Source: Bacillota bacterium
GTDB taxonomy: Bacteria > Bacillota > Sulfobacillia > Sulfobacillales > JAIMBI01
Assembly: GCA_021846505.1 (NCBI GenBank)
Contig: JAJZWV010000009.1
Coordinates: 11,411-75,410, forward strand
Direction of reading: 5' to 3'
Length of the DNA stretch: 64,000 nt
Shown: in pieces, positions 36,298 through 46,020 of the stretch
Layout of the letters: every line of letters starts with the position of its first letter
Position numbering within the stretch: the first letter of the stretch is position 1
The notes under the pieces: generated by a model
What the model saw: the letters and a program-made list of their open reading frames with translations, nothing else
Told to the model about the DNA's origin: nothing
Databases searched by the model: none
Translations under genes and position numbers: made by a program

Positions 36298-36438
36298 TTA
36301 TGTATGATTCTCCTTGCGAATGTCGTGCCGTCGCTTTGATCTTTCGGCCGCCGGCAGCAGCCGCCGCGCCCCGAACGAGCTCAGCAGCCAGGCCCCCAGA
36401 GCGGTCAGCGCCAGGCCGCGCCGTGGCACCCCCGACAC
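36298..36438 (-). CDS. Candidate small membrane protein (46 aa)
   Basis: Hand translation gives VSGVPRRGLALTALGAWLLSSFGARRLLPAAERSKRRHDIRKENHT, one hydrophobic helix and a basic tail. The GTG is preceded by GGGGTGA. The first ~31 codons are almost all G/C at the third position. It stops just before the GNAT SD. Confidence 0.25.
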   Translation of the reverse strand: MSGVPRRGLALTALGAWLLSSFGARRLLPAAERSKRRHDIRKENHT

Positions 36439-36545
36439 CTATGTCACCCCGACCCGCCCTTCGTGGCTCGAGCCAGCCGCTGGCTCGGCGCGGGCCGCGA
36501 AGGGCCGCCCGGCGAGGAGCTGGCTCCAGGTGGGTTGTGTCGGCG

Positions 36546-37470
36546 TCAAGGCTTATCGCGGCCCACATCGCACTGGAGATGTTCCAGCGCCCATTGGTGC
36601 TCTTCGGAGGTGCCGGGCGCCGTGAGGATGCGCTCGGCCGCCACCTGGCTGTCGACCAGTCCTCTCAGCACCACCGCTTTGCAAAAGGACAAGTCTTTGG
36701 GCCGATGGGCTGCGTATTTGCTGATCAGCAAGGCTGCCGGGTCGAGGCAGCGGCCCGTGACACCCCGGGTGTTCTCACTGCTCAGGGGAGTCAGGCGCTG
36801 CTGCCGCGCCGCCAGCAGCCGGGCGGCATGGAGCGACACGCCATCGGCCTACACGGAAAACGCTTCGTGAAATGGGGACAGCTCCTCGATCGTGCCGTCG
36901 ATGAGGCCAGCGAGCCCATCTTCACCATCGAGGAGGACGATGTCGGCTTCCTGTGACAGAGCGGCCTCGGCCGGCAGTCGGTCTTCGGCAAACGTCCCCA
37001 AAATAGACTGGCCCCCAGAGATAGCCAGATGTGAGCAGCCGATCGACCCGCAGGATGCTTCCGGCCGCCCGTATGAGGGGCTCCAGCTCGTCACGGCGCA
37101 CCGGAGTTCCCGCCCTCCCTCGCGAATCGCTGATAGATGGCGGCCGCTCTCCCACCGATAAAATCCCCACAAAGGGCGACATCCGCCGCAGTGCGTCGGC
37201 GCACTCGCTATCGGTCTCGGCCAGCAGGTGATAAATATCGGCAGGCGCCGCCTCCAGCCACCGCCCCCCCTCCTCCACATCGCAGCGGGCATGCACGTCG
37301 CCCGCCCAGAGCGCGAGGCGCCGCCGCGCCATGCCTGTCCCCTGCGCAGGATCCGCCAGCACCTTCTGGGCGACGGCCCTATGTATAGCGCGGGCGAGCA
37401 GTGCGGCGATCGATCGGCATTCGGGGCCACCTCCTTCGGCCGGCTGCTGGGCTTGGCTCCCAGTATACAC
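36546..37470 (-). pseudogene. Disrupted gene (nucleotidyltransferase-like, family assignment tentative)
   Basis: ORFs 36849-37547 and 36546-36839 are in the same frame, separated only by TAG 36849-36851 (...FHEAFSV*ADGVSLHAA...). The N-terminal part continues in another frame (ORF 36922-37470). The C-terminal LDPAALLISKYAAHRPKDLSFCKAVVLRGLVD resembles nucleotidyltransferase-associated helical domains. Confidence 0.45.
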
Positions 37471-37607
37471 CGAGGAGCGAGCGCCGCCGCCGACCAGGCG
37501 GGATGGGCACCAATCGGCGGGCGCCCTGAAGAATGAGCGCCCGGCACGGAGTCCCCGCCGACCGTACAGGGCCGGCTCTCCAGAGATGGCTCGCTGTCAG
37601 CCGCGCG

Positions 37608-37922
37608 TCAGCTGCTTTGCCCGCCTTGGCCCGCGCGGCGCGCCGTGGATTCGCGGCGCCACTGCGCCTGCAGGGCGGCGACCGCCTCGGCATGCTCCGA
37701 CTTGGCGCGCGCCAACTCTTCGGCCAGCGTGAGCGCCGCCAAAATCGACAGGCGGGTGGAGGGCACACGCGGATGCTTGGCGGCCAGGGTCCTGAGCCGC
37801 GTGTCCACCATGCGGCCCAGCGCATGCACGGCTTCAGGGGGCAGGTCGCTCACCAAGGGGTATTCCTCCCCATAGATGGTCACCACCGTGCGGGTGACGG
37901 ATTCGCCCTCGGAACGCGCCAT
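37608..37922 (-). CDS. zapA: Cell division protein ZapA
   Basis: 104 aa; V.I.G..Y.L......E....L...VD..L pattern, and it sits downstream of pheT as in Bacillus. Confidence 0.75.
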   Translation of the reverse strand: MARSEGESVTRTVVTIYGEEYPLVSDLPPEAVHALGRMVDTRLRTLAAKHPRVPSTRLSILAALTLAEELARAKSEHAEAVAALQAQWRRESTARRAGQGGQSS

Positions 37923-38018
37923 AGCAATCCCTCCCGGTGTTCTTTCGCCACAGATTCTCGACCCACCGCCGATTTCCCTGCCGCGCGCCGACTTTTTTTG
38001 ACACCAGTCTTAAGAAGC

Positions 38019-40352
38019 TTACCGGCGCGATATGCCGTTTTGCTCCATCTGCGCCACTAAGCCGTCGAGCTGGGCATCCACTTCACTGTCCGTGAGGGTC
38101 CGGTCGGGCGCCCGGTAGTAAATAGCGACGGTCACCGACGGCCCCGACGCATCCTGATACTGGTCAAAGGGCCGGATGGACTCGACGTGCGCTCCGGCGG
38201 ACCGGTGGAGCAGTTCTTCGATCACGGCCCAGGACGTTCCCTCGGGGATGCGGAGCGACACATCGCGACGGACGGCCGGGTAGGGAGGCGGCGGGCTCAT
38301 CCGGCTGCTCCGCCCGTGCTCCGCCACCGCAGCGGAGGGAATCCGCCAGCGGGCCACAGCGGTGCGCGGCAAGCGCCAGGCTTCCTGCACCGAGGGGTGG
38401 AGCTCCCCGAGCTCTCCCCAAAGCTCGCCAGCCCGCATGATGGCCAGCGATCGCCCAGGATGGAGCGCCGCCGACCGTGGCGCTCCACCCCAGCGGAACC
38501 CCCAGCCCAAGCGGTGCGACAATTCTTCCACCCAGCCTTTGACGTCGTACACCGTGCGCTGGACCGGTCCGAACAAGTCCGCCCACTCGCCCAGCGTCAC
38601 CAGGATCCCGGCCTCCAGCCATTCCACCGGCGCCGTGGCGCGGCCGCCGTAAGCTGGCCCGACTTCAAACAGGCCCACGCGCCCGATGCCGCGGTCCCTA
38701 TTATATCGGGCCGCCTCCAAAAGCCCGGGCCAGACACTGGTGCGCAGGACCGACTCCTCGGCGCGGAGTGGGTTTCTGACGACGTGGACCGCCGGCGGGA
38801 GTCCCAGCGGATCCGACGAGCCCGGGGGAATCAGGCTGCGCGTGACCACTTCGGTCAGGCCGGCGGCTACCAGCCAGTCGCGCACCCGGTCCGCCTGCCG
38901 CATTTCAGGATCGGGCGTCCCGGTGCCGGCCCGCGCGGGCAGTCGCGCGGGAATGGCCTCCATGCCTACCATTCTCGAAATTTCCTCCGCCAAATCCTGC
39001 GCCCCCTCAATGTCGGGGCGCCAGCTGGGCACCCGCACACGCCCCGCCTCCAGCGAGAATCCGGACCGATCCAACTCCTGCGCGAGCTCCGCGTCCCCCA
39101 GTGTCAGCCCGGTCCAAATGCGCAGGCGGTCGGGGCGGAAGGGCACGTGGCGGGGTGCGGGCACTTGGCCCTCCAGCTGCACCGCTGCCAGCGTGGCGGA
39201 AGCGCCGAACTGAGTTAAGACTTGGTGGAACCGCACCACGGCGGGCAGCGCGGCCTCCGGGTCCGTGCCGCGCCCGAAGCGGGCCGCAGCATCGCTGGCA
39301 ATCTGGTGGCGGCGCGCCGTCCGGTAGACGCTCGCCCGGTCGAAGTGCGCCGACTCCAGCAGAACCCGCCGGGTCTTGGCGCTGACTGCGGTGCGCTGGC
39401 CGCCCATGACGCCTGCCAGGGCCACCGGGCCCTCCGCGTCGGCAATGACCAAGTCCTCCGGGGTGAGCGCGAGGGCGCGCCCGTCCAGCAGCACCAGGGC
39501 CTCGTGCCACTCCGCCCGGCGCACCACTAGCGGCAGGTGCACGCAGTCCAAGTCAAACGCATGCAGCGGCTGGCCCATGTCGATACGCACCGCATTGGTT
39601 GCATCTACCACCGGGTGAACCAGCCGGGCGCCGGCTAAAGCCAGGCGCCGCTGCCAGATCCAGGGCAGAGGCCCGCTGGGATCCCCACACTCCAACTGGG
39701 CGACGGCGTACACGGGGCACAGGTCGCGCGCCTCGATGCGGGCCAGCCGGGCGCCGCCCGACAGGTCGGGCGCGGGCGGCACCACGGGCAGGGGGCGGTC
39801 GGCCGCCGCCGCCAAGTCCCGGGCCACGCCCAGGATGGAGTGGCCATACTGCGCCAGATTAGGGGTGAGACTCAGCTGCAGCACCGTGTCGGATCCCATC
39901 ACCTGGGGCCACGGGTCGCCGGGCCGACCCTCACCCCTCCAGATCCACAGTCCCTCCCCCGCCCCCAAATAGCCGGCCTCCGCACCAGACAGCAGCATGC
40001 CCATCGACCGCACGCCGCGCAGGTGCTCGGTCCCCACCAGCCGGCCATCCGGCAGGACAGTGCCCGCCGGTGCATGCCACACCCGATCCCCTGGATAGCC
40101 GTTGGGCGCGGCGGTCACCACCTGCACCCTATCGCCGGCCCCCAGCGACAGCTGTAGCACCGAAAGCCGGTCCGCCGCCGGGTGTGGCTCTCTCTCCAGC
40201 ACCTCCGCCAGCTTGACCGACTGCAGGCCCGCTTCGGCCGCAGTCATGCCATCCACCTCGTAGCCGAGGCGCTCCAGCGTGCGGGCAATCTCTGTCGGCC
40301 CCTCGGCCCAACCACCTAGCCAATCGGCCAACCAGCTTATCGGCAGGTCCAT
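38019..40352 (-). CDS. pheT: Phenylalanine-tRNA ligase beta subunit
   Basis: 777 aa; tRNA-binding N-domain, B3/4 and B5 domains and a C-terminal FDX-ACB-like region, directly downstream of pheS. Confidence 0.95.
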   Translation of the reverse strand: MDLPISWLADWLGGWAEGPTEIARTLERLGYEVDGMTAAEAGLQSVKLAEVLEREPHPAADRLSVLQLSLGAGDRVQVVTAAPNGYPGDRVWHAPAGTVLPDGRLVGTEHLRGVRSMGMLLSGAEAGYLGAGEGLWIWRGEGRPGDPWPQVMGSDTVLQLSLTPNLAQYGHSILGVARDLAAAADRPLPVVPPAPDLSGGARLARIEARDLCPVYAVAQLECGDPSGPLPWIWQRRLALAGARLVHPVVDATNAVRIDMGQPLHAFDLDCVHLPLVVRRAEWHEALVLLDGRALALTPEDLVIADAEGPVALAGVMGGQRTAVSAKTRRVLLESAHFDRASVYRTARRHQIASDAAARFGRGTDPEAALPAVVRFHQVLTQFGASATLAAVQLEGQVPAPRHVPFRPDRLRIWTGLTLGDAELAQELDRSGFSLEAGRVRVPSWRPDIEGAQDLAEEISRMVGMEAIPARLPARAGTGTPDPEMRQADRVRDWLVAAGLTEVVTRSLIPPGSSDPLGLPPAVHVVRNPLRAEESVLRTSVWPGLLEAARYNRDRGIGRVGLFEVGPAYGGRATAPVEWLEAGILVTLGEWADLFGPVQRTVYDVKGWVEELSHRLGWGFRWGGAPRSAALHPGRSLAIMRAGELWGELGELHPSVQEAWRLPRTAVARWRIPSAAVAEHGRSSRMSPPPPYPAVRRDVSLRIPEGTSWAVIEELLHRSAGAHVESIRPFDQYQDASGPSVTVAIYYRAPDRTLTDSEVDAQLDGLVAQMEQNGISRR

Positions 40353-40415
40353 GCCATCCCCCTCTTACCTGGCCCGACAGGCCCTGTTGGTCACTTGCGA
40401 GCCCCGGGCGGCTCA

Positions 40416-41444
40416 TTACACATCCCAGCTGTCGAAGGCCCGGAGAAACCGGACGTCACTCTGATACAGAGGGCGCAGCTCCTTGAGGCCGTACAGCAGC
40501 ATGGCGACCCGCTCGACGCCCCAGCCGAAGGCGAAGCCCGACACGTCGTTCGGGTCGTACCCGCCCGCCTCCAGCACCCGTGGATGCACCAGGCCGGACC
40601 CCAGCACCTCAATCCATCCGGTATGGCACACACGGCAGCCAGCCCCCAGGCACAGGGGGCAACTCATATCCACCTCGGCCGACGGCTCCGTGAACGGGAA
40701 AAAGCTGGGGCGCAGCCGAATCCGCTCCGCCGGTCCAAATACATCGCGCACGACCGCCAGCACCACGCCTTTTAAGTCCGGCAGCCCGATGCCGCGGTCC
40801 ACCACCAGCCCCTCCATCTGCATGAACTGGGGCACATGGGTGGCGTCGTCGTCCCGCCGATACGTAAACCCGAGGGTGGCAACGCGCAGTGGCAGCTCGC
40901 CGCCCGCCTCGCGCATCGCCCGAATCTGAAACGGCGAGGTGTGGGTCCGTAGCACGTACGGCGGGTCCACGTAAAAGGTGTCGTGCATCTCGCGGGCCGG
41001 GTGGTCCGCCGGCATGTTGAGCGCGTCAAAGTTGTACCATTCGGTTTCCACCTCGGGCGCGCTGCGAAGCGTAAAGCCTAGCCGCAGCATGACGTCTGCC
41101 AGCCGCCGGCGCACCTGGGTGATGGGATGAAGCGTCCCCCATTGGGGCTCCACCCCCGGCAGCGTCATGTCCAGCCGCTCGGCCGCCAGGCGCCGCTCGT
41201 GCTCGCCACGCGCGAGTTCCTCCCGGCGGTGGGCCAGGGCCGCTTCCAACTGCGCCTTGACACCATTGAGCACGAAGCCGCGCGCGCGGCGCTCATCCGC
41301 AGGAAGCCGCGCCAGCCCGCGCAGCTCGGCCGTCATGCGCCCCTGCTTGCCCAGATACTGAACCCGCAGGGATTCGCAGGCTGCCAGTGTGGCCGCCGCC
41401 TCAATGTCGCGCAGTGCCGCTCGCGCCCAGTCGTCTGCCTCCAC
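40416..41444 (-). CDS. pheS: Phenylalanine-tRNA ligase alpha subunit
   Basis: Class II motifs (HPARE.HDTFY, FTYRRDDDATH, FPFTEPSAEVD, LGSGLVHP, GFAFGWGVERV). GTG start at 41444. Confidence 0.95.
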   Translation of the reverse strand: MEADDWARAALRDIEAAATLAACESLRVQYLGKQGRMTAELRGLARLPADERRARGFVLNGVKAQLEAALAHRREELARGEHERRLAAERLDMTLPGVEPQWGTLHPITQVRRRLADVMLRLGFTLRSAPEVETEWYNFDALNMPADHPAREMHDTFYVDPPYVLRTHTSPFQIRAMREAGGELPLRVATLGFTYRRDDDATHVPQFMQMEGLVVDRGIGLPDLKGVVLAVVRDVFGPAERIRLRPSFFPFTEPSAEVDMSCPLCLGAGCRVCHTGWIEVLGSGLVHPRVLEAGGYDPNDVSGFAFGWGVERVAMLLYGLKELRPLYQSDVRFLRAFDSWDV

Positions 41445-41727
41445 CGGTCCACCCCTCTCTCAATAAATGCAAAAATCGCCCTCCACAGGGCGATTGCTCG
41501 CGGTACCACCTGATTTCCGGCCAGCCGGCTTTCCGCGCGCTATCGGGCGCACCCGTCCTCCCCTAGTAGAGCCACCGCTGGCGGCATCGTTCAGGGCGCC
41601 TCTCCCAAGTGAATTTCATCGGCCCGCCGTGCGCTTCTTGCAATCAGGGGATCCTGGGACATCCCGCGGAAGCGCTTCCTGACCCGCCGGGGAATCGACT
41701 ACTTGTCTTGGTCATGGAGTTAAGTTT
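41445..41727 (-). promoter_or_regulatory. T-box leader (riboswitch) controlling pheST
   Basis: The minus strand contains AAAUCAGGUGGUACCGCGAG (41497-41516), matching the conserved T-box sequence. A Stem-III-like hairpin CCGGCUGGCCGG precedes it and a terminator hairpin follows it. GAAAUUCAC, about 150 nt upstream, contains the Phe codon UUC and is a candidate specifier. Confidence 0.75.
41468..41495 (-). terminator. Intrinsic terminator of the pheS T-box leader
   Basis: Minus strand reads AUCGCCCU-GUGG-AGGGCGAU followed by UUUUUGC. Confidence 0.7.
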
Positions 41728-41732
41728 CCCGC

Positions 41733-41761
41733 ACACTAGCGAGACCGCGGCGCAAAGTCAA
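41733..41761 (-). promoter_or_regulatory. Candidate sigma-A promoter for the pheS leader
   Basis: Minus strand reads TTGACT (41756-41761), N17, TAGTGT (41733-41738). Confidence 0.35.
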
Positions 41762-41853
41762 GCGCTGCCGCCGGAGATCGAGCGAATATCCAGCGCCAGC
41801 TTCTCCGCTCGTATCCCCTGGCCACCCGCCACTGCCTGGAGGCCCGCCGAGGT

Positions 41854-43797
41854 TCACGGCGCGGCGGCAGTGGACGCGTGCAGCGATGCGGCCAGCGCGG
41901 CCAGTGCGTCGCGCACGGCTACCGACGGCCCCCTGTGCGGCAAGTGGAGCGGCGCCGGCGGGCGGCCCTCCCGAGCCGCGGCGGCCAGCGCGGCAAACGC
42001 GCCCCCCCAAGGAGCGATCTTGGAGTCCGTGCCATGGCAAGCCGCGGACCACACAACCCACCCCAGGCGCTGTGCGCCTACAATGGCGGGCCATAAGTTC
42101 TCAAGCCTTGGCGAGCGGCGCCACTCGGCGGCGGCGGCGGTGCTGAGTGCGTGCAGCGTAGCCACGGCGGCCTCCAACTCGCCCGCCACACGGGCATCCG
42201 GCTGGGCACCGCGGATTCGCGCAGCCCACAGCGCGCCCGCTCGCTCCACCACGTCCGCCACGGCGGATGGGAGCCGATCGGAGGCATCGCGCGGCCACAG
42301 CCACATGAGCGCCAGCACCGCCAGCGCCACCCCGCCTAAGGTGTCGGCGAATCGAGCCCACACCAGGGGCCAGACAGAGACGTGCACCTCCGTCACGATA
42401 ATGACCAGCGCCAGCGCGGTGATAAACACGACCGACAAGCCATAGTTCGTCAGGATCAGCAGCAGCAGGAGAAACTGCAGCGCCAGCATGGTGCCCACCG
42501 TCGCCCAGGGCACGGGGGGCCACACCATCAAGACGCCCGCCAGAGCCAATCCCACCGCCGTGCCCACCACCCGCTGAATGCCGCGCTGCACCATGCCCAT
42601 TTGGCTCTGCCCCTGCAGCACGGCCGCAATGGTCAGCGGCACCCAGTAGGGATGGGCCTCACCCAGGATCCCGGCCAGAGCCGTGCCAGCTCCCACCGCA
42701 ATGGCGATCCGGAGGGCGTCCACTCGCACCAAGGACGTCCGGCGCGCTGCCACGCGCAATCGATCCCACGTCGTCGGCTCGGACCAGCCGCGTGTGGGAA
42801 CCAGCGCCGGCCAGCTGCCGCGAAAGGCCAGAATCCGCTCGGCCGCGGCCAGCGCTCGGTCAGCCCTGCTGCGCCGCGGCGCGCGGGCCGGTGGGGCTCG
42901 GCGCGCCGGCTCCGGATGGCTCAGCCGCTCCGCCATCTGCGCTAACCGCTCCGCGACCGGCTCGTCCAGCGGCGATGCGCTGATGGCCACGGCCTCAAAC
43001 AGCCGCCGCGCCTGATGCGCCAGCAGCAGGAGCCGCGTCGCGTCGGGGCCGCGATGAGGCACGGGCACCAGCGGCGCCAGCGCCGCTTCGGCGGCTGCCA
43101 CGGCCTGCCCGGCCTGGGCTTGCGCCGCCAAGCCGCCCCGGCTGCCGGCGCGCCCGGCCCATCGCGCCAGCGAGCGCCACGCGGCACCGACCGCCTGACG
43201 CTCGGGCTGGCGCGGGTGCCAGCCCCAGCCGGCCATGCCGACGATCCACGCCAGCGCGGCCCCGGCGAGCGCAAAGCTCACGCGGATCGGGGTCAGCGCC
43301 GGATGCACAGGAAGCGCGGCGGCGATGCACGCGATCAGAACAAACATGAAGCCAGCTGGCAGGGGCACCTGAAAGGCCCCGGTGAGAAATGTGCTGGCCC
43401 CGGCCACTACGGCAAGGCCCAGCGCCATCGCCACCCAGCTGACGGCCGCCAGTGATCCCACCGCCATGGCAGCAGCTAAGCCCAAGCCGACCAGAAGCAG
43501 TCGGCGCCCGCGAGGGCCGTAGGGGATCGGCACCACGTACATGGAGGTGAAGGCGCCCATAAACGCCCACGTGCCCCACGAAAAGTGCCCCAGCGACAGC
43601 CCGAGCGCCATCGCCAGCCCTGTCGCGATGGGCGCTCCGATTGCCTTGCGCCACGGCCACGATCCGAGGTGGAGCGCAAAAGCGGCCGCCAGCGGCGGCG
43701 GATAGCCGCTCGGCGGCTTTAAGCCGCTGGCGGACCTAGAGCCGTGTGCGGTTTGCTGCGGCGCAGACGGCGCTCTCGACTTGTGCTTCGATGCCAC
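41854..43797 (-). CDS. FUSC-family (fusaric acid resistance / aromatic acid exporter-like) membrane protein
   Basis: 647 aa with two hydrophobic blocks separated by a soluble region. HPYWVPLTIAAVLQ...RGIQRVVGTAVG is typical of FUSC domains. Confidence 0.6.
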   Translation of the reverse strand: MASKHKSRAPSAPQQTAHGSRSASGLKPPSGYPPPLAAAFALHLGSWPWRKAIGAPIATGLAMALGLSLGHFSWGTWAFMGAFTSMYVVPIPYGPRGRRLLLVGLGLAAAMAVGSLAAVSWVAMALGLAVVAGASTFLTGAFQVPLPAGFMFVLIACIAAALPVHPALTPIRVSFALAGAALAWIVGMAGWGWHPRQPERQAVGAAWRSLARWAGRAGSRGGLAAQAQAGQAVAAAEAALAPLVPVPHRGPDATRLLLLAHQARRLFEAVAISASPLDEPVAERLAQMAERLSHPEPARRAPPARAPRRSRADRALAAAERILAFRGSWPALVPTRGWSEPTTWDRLRVAARRTSLVRVDALRIAIAVGAGTALAGILGEAHPYWVPLTIAAVLQGQSQMGMVQRGIQRVVGTAVGLALAGVLMVWPPVPWATVGTMLALQFLLLLLILTNYGLSVVFITALALVIIVTEVHVSVWPLVWARFADTLGGVALAVLALMWLWPRDASDRLPSAVADVVERAGALWAARIRGAQPDARVAGELEAAVATLHALSTAAAAEWRRSPRLENLWPAIVGAQRLGWVVWSAACHGTDSKIAPWGGAFAALAAAAREGRPPAPLHLPHRGPSVAVRDALAALAASLHASTAAAP

Positions 43798-43872
43798 CGC
43801 GATCCCCCTTGCCGCCTGAAGCGCGATTGCGCCTACTGTGCAACCCGGGGGGCCAGATCATGCGGGAGGCGG

Positions 43873-44688
43873 CTACTCAGCCGGGCGGCGGGGCACCTTG
43901 GGGGCATTCAGGCGGTGAAACGCGTCGGCCATAATGATGGCGCCGGCGGCAGCGACGTTCAGCGACTCGGTTCCAGGCATCATAGGGATTCGAAGGTGCG
44001 CGTCCGCCTGCCGGGCCAAGTCCAGAGACACGCCCGCTCCTTCGTTGCCCACGACCAGCGCGGTCGGGCGCGACCAATCCCAGTCCGTGTAGGCCATCTC
44101 TCCGTGGGCATCGGTCACCACCAAGCTCGTGCCGGCCGGCACCGACCACGCGTAGTCCAGGCGCACCAATCCCGCGCGAAACATCGCTGCTGCGGAGGCA
44201 CGAAATGCCTTGGGATTGAACGGGTCCACCGACCCGCGCGTCACGGCGACCCGAAACCCGAACGCCACCGCAGACCGCACCAGCGCGCCCAGATTGGCCG
44301 GGTCCTGGACCGCCTCCAGCACCAGCACCGGAGCTGCCGGCACGACCGCAGCGAACGGCAAGTCATACGCCACCACCGCAGCAATGCCTTGGTGCGCCTC
44401 CACCTGGGTCACCGCATCCAGGACCGAGTCGGTGACGTACAGCATGCGAGCGCGGGTCCAGGTGGTCCGGTCCAGCAACTCCCGGCCGCCCGGGCGGTCC
44501 AGCAGCCGCGCGCTGTACAGCACCGTGCGCAGCGAAATGCTGTGCGTCAAGGCTTCTTCCACGGCATGCGGCCCTTCCACCAGCGCCTGCCCGGCGCGCT
44601 CGCGCGCCTCCCGGTTGACTCCCAGACGCGCGGCCGCCTTCACCACTTTGTTGTGGGGATCATCCAGGGGGCGCAGTACGAGTCCCAC
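43873..44688 (-). CDS. TrmH/SpoU-family RNA 2'-O-methyltransferase (YsgA-like)
   Basis: Motifs DPANLGALVRSA, VVGNEGAGVS and IPMMPGTESLNVAAAGAI. Position between rplT and pheS as in Bacillus. Confidence 0.85.
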   Translation of the reverse strand: MGLVLRPLDDPHNKVVKAAARLGVNREARERAGQALVEGPHAVEEALTHSISLRTVLYSARLLDRPGGRELLDRTTWTRARMLYVTDSVLDAVTQVEAHQGIAAVVAYDLPFAAVVPAAPVLVLEAVQDPANLGALVRSAVAFGFRVAVTRGSVDPFNPKAFRASAAAMFRAGLVRLDYAWSVPAGTSLVVTDAHGEMAYTDWDWSRPTALVVGNEGAGVSLDLARQADAHLRIPMMPGTESLNVAAAGAIIMADAFHRLNAPKVPRRPAE

Positions 44689-44689
44689 G

Positions 44690-45043
44690 CTAAAGCTGAC
44701 CCTTCGCCATCCCCGCCAAGCGGCCGAAGCTCTCTTGGTCGCGCACCGCGAGATCCGCCAGCATCTTGCGGTTCAGCGTCACCCCCGCCCGCTTCAGGCC
44801 ATACATCAACGTGCTGTAAGACAAACCATGCATGCGCGCCGCCGCGTTGATCCGGATAATCCAGAGGCGCCGAAAATCGCTCTTGCGCTTTTTCCGATGC
44901 TGATACGCGTACCACAGCGCGTGCAGCACCGCTTCGTTGGCGGGGCGAAACAGCCGATGGCGGGACCCGCGGTATCCGCGCGCCATCTTGAGAATTTTTT
45001 TGTGGCGGCGGTGCCGCACCATCCCGTTCTTTACCCGAGCCAT
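44690..45043 (-). CDS. rplT: 50S ribosomal protein L20
   Basis: [19 protein letters not shown]... is diagnostic. Confidence 0.95.
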   Translation of the reverse strand: MARVKNGMVRHRRHKKILKMARGYRGSRHRLFRPANEAVLHALWYAYQHRKKRKSDFRRLWIIRINAAARMHGLSYSTLMYGLKRAGVTLNRKMLADLAVRDQESFGRLAGMAKGQL

Positions 45044-45091
45044 TTGTCTCCTCCTCGATTGCACGGTTCTCCAGCGTGACCAGCCTGAGCG

Positions 45092-45292
45092 CTACTGATC
45101 GTAAGGCATTAAAGCTTTGGTGCGCGCGGCATCGCCTTTGGCCAGCCCAGCCTTCCCGCGCAGCCGGCGGCGTCGGCTGGCATTCTTGCCGTACAGCAAG
45201 TGGTTGCGGCCGGTGCGCTTGTGCACGATTTTGCCGGTGCCGGTCACTCGCAGGCGCTTCTTGGCCCCGCGGTGCGATTTCATCTTGGGCAC
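45092..45292 (-). CDS. rpmI: 50S ribosomal protein L35
   Basis: MPKMKSHRGAKKRLRVTGTGK... is diagnostic. Confidence 0.95.
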   Translation of the reverse strand: MPKMKSHRGAKKRLRVTGTGKIVHKRTGRNHLLYGKNASRRRRLRGKAGLAKGDAARTKALMPYDQ

Positions 45293-45349
45293 GTCTCCAC
45301 ATCCTCACCGCCACCGCCAAGCGGCGCTGGCGCAACTTCTTCGGCCCGC

Positions 45350-45868
45350 TTACGCGTTGGCTGTCTTCTTGGGCGCCAGAATCATAATCATCGCGCGCCC
45401 TTCCACTCGGGCCGCCCGCTCCACCTGGCCCTGGGCCGCCACCTCTTGGGCCATTTTGTCCAACAAAACCCGTGCGTGTTCGGAGTGGACAATCTCCCGG
45501 CCGCGAAAGGTAACCGTCACTTTGACCTTGTCGCCTTCCTCCAAAAACCGGGCGGCATTGCGCTTCTTGAACTCATAGTCATGGTCGTCGATGGTGGGCC
45601 GCATCTTGATTTCCTTGATGGACACCACGTGCTGCTTCTTTCGCGACTCCCGCTCGCGCTTCTGCTGCTCGTATTTGAAGCGCCCGTAGTCCATCAGCCG
45701 ACACACCGGCGGCCGAGACGTTGGAGACACTTCCACCAAGTCCACGCGGCGCTCCACGGCCATCCTCAGCGCATCCCTCAGCGCCACAATGCCGAGCTGC
45801 TCGCCGCCATCGCCCACCAGCCGCACTTCCCGCGCACGAATCTCGTCGTTGACCCTGAGGTCCTTTAT
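45350..45868 (-). CDS. infC: Translation initiation factor IF-3, non-canonical ATA start
   Basis: The listed ORF starts inside the conserved N-terminus. Extending in frame gives I-K-D-L-R-V-N-D-E-I-R-A-R-E-V-R-L-V-G-D, the canonical IF-3 N-terminus. It begins at ATA (45866-45868), 5 nt after GGGGAGGGA. Confidence 0.85.
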   Translation of the reverse strand: MKDLRVNDEIRAREVRLVGDGGEQLGIVALRDALRMAVERRVDLVEVSPTSRPPVCRLMDYGRFKYEQQKRERESRKKQHVVSIKEIKMRPTIDDHDYEFKKRNAARFLEEGDKVKVTVTFRGREIVHSEHARVLLDKMAQEVAAQGQVERAARVEGRAMIMILAPKKTANA

Positions 45869-45900
45869 GGCGATCCCTCCCCAGATGAATTGCTAGCCAC

Positions 45901-45933
45901 CCAAACAAAAGCAGGACGGGTCACTCCCCGTCC
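45901..45933 (-). terminator. Intrinsic terminator/attenuator inside the infC leader (L20-leader-like position)
   Basis: Minus strand reads GGACGGG-GAGUGA-CCCGUCC followed by UGCUUUUGUUUGG, about 30 nt upstream of the infC SD. More stem-loops lie upstream (for example CGGAGCG-CGAG-CGCUCCG). Confidence 0.55.
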
Positions 45934-46020
45934 CAACCGGAGCGCTCGCGCTCCGCCGGATAACCTGAGCGACGATGCCGTCAGGTGAGAAGCGAACTTC
46001 TGCTTCACTATCACGTCCGC

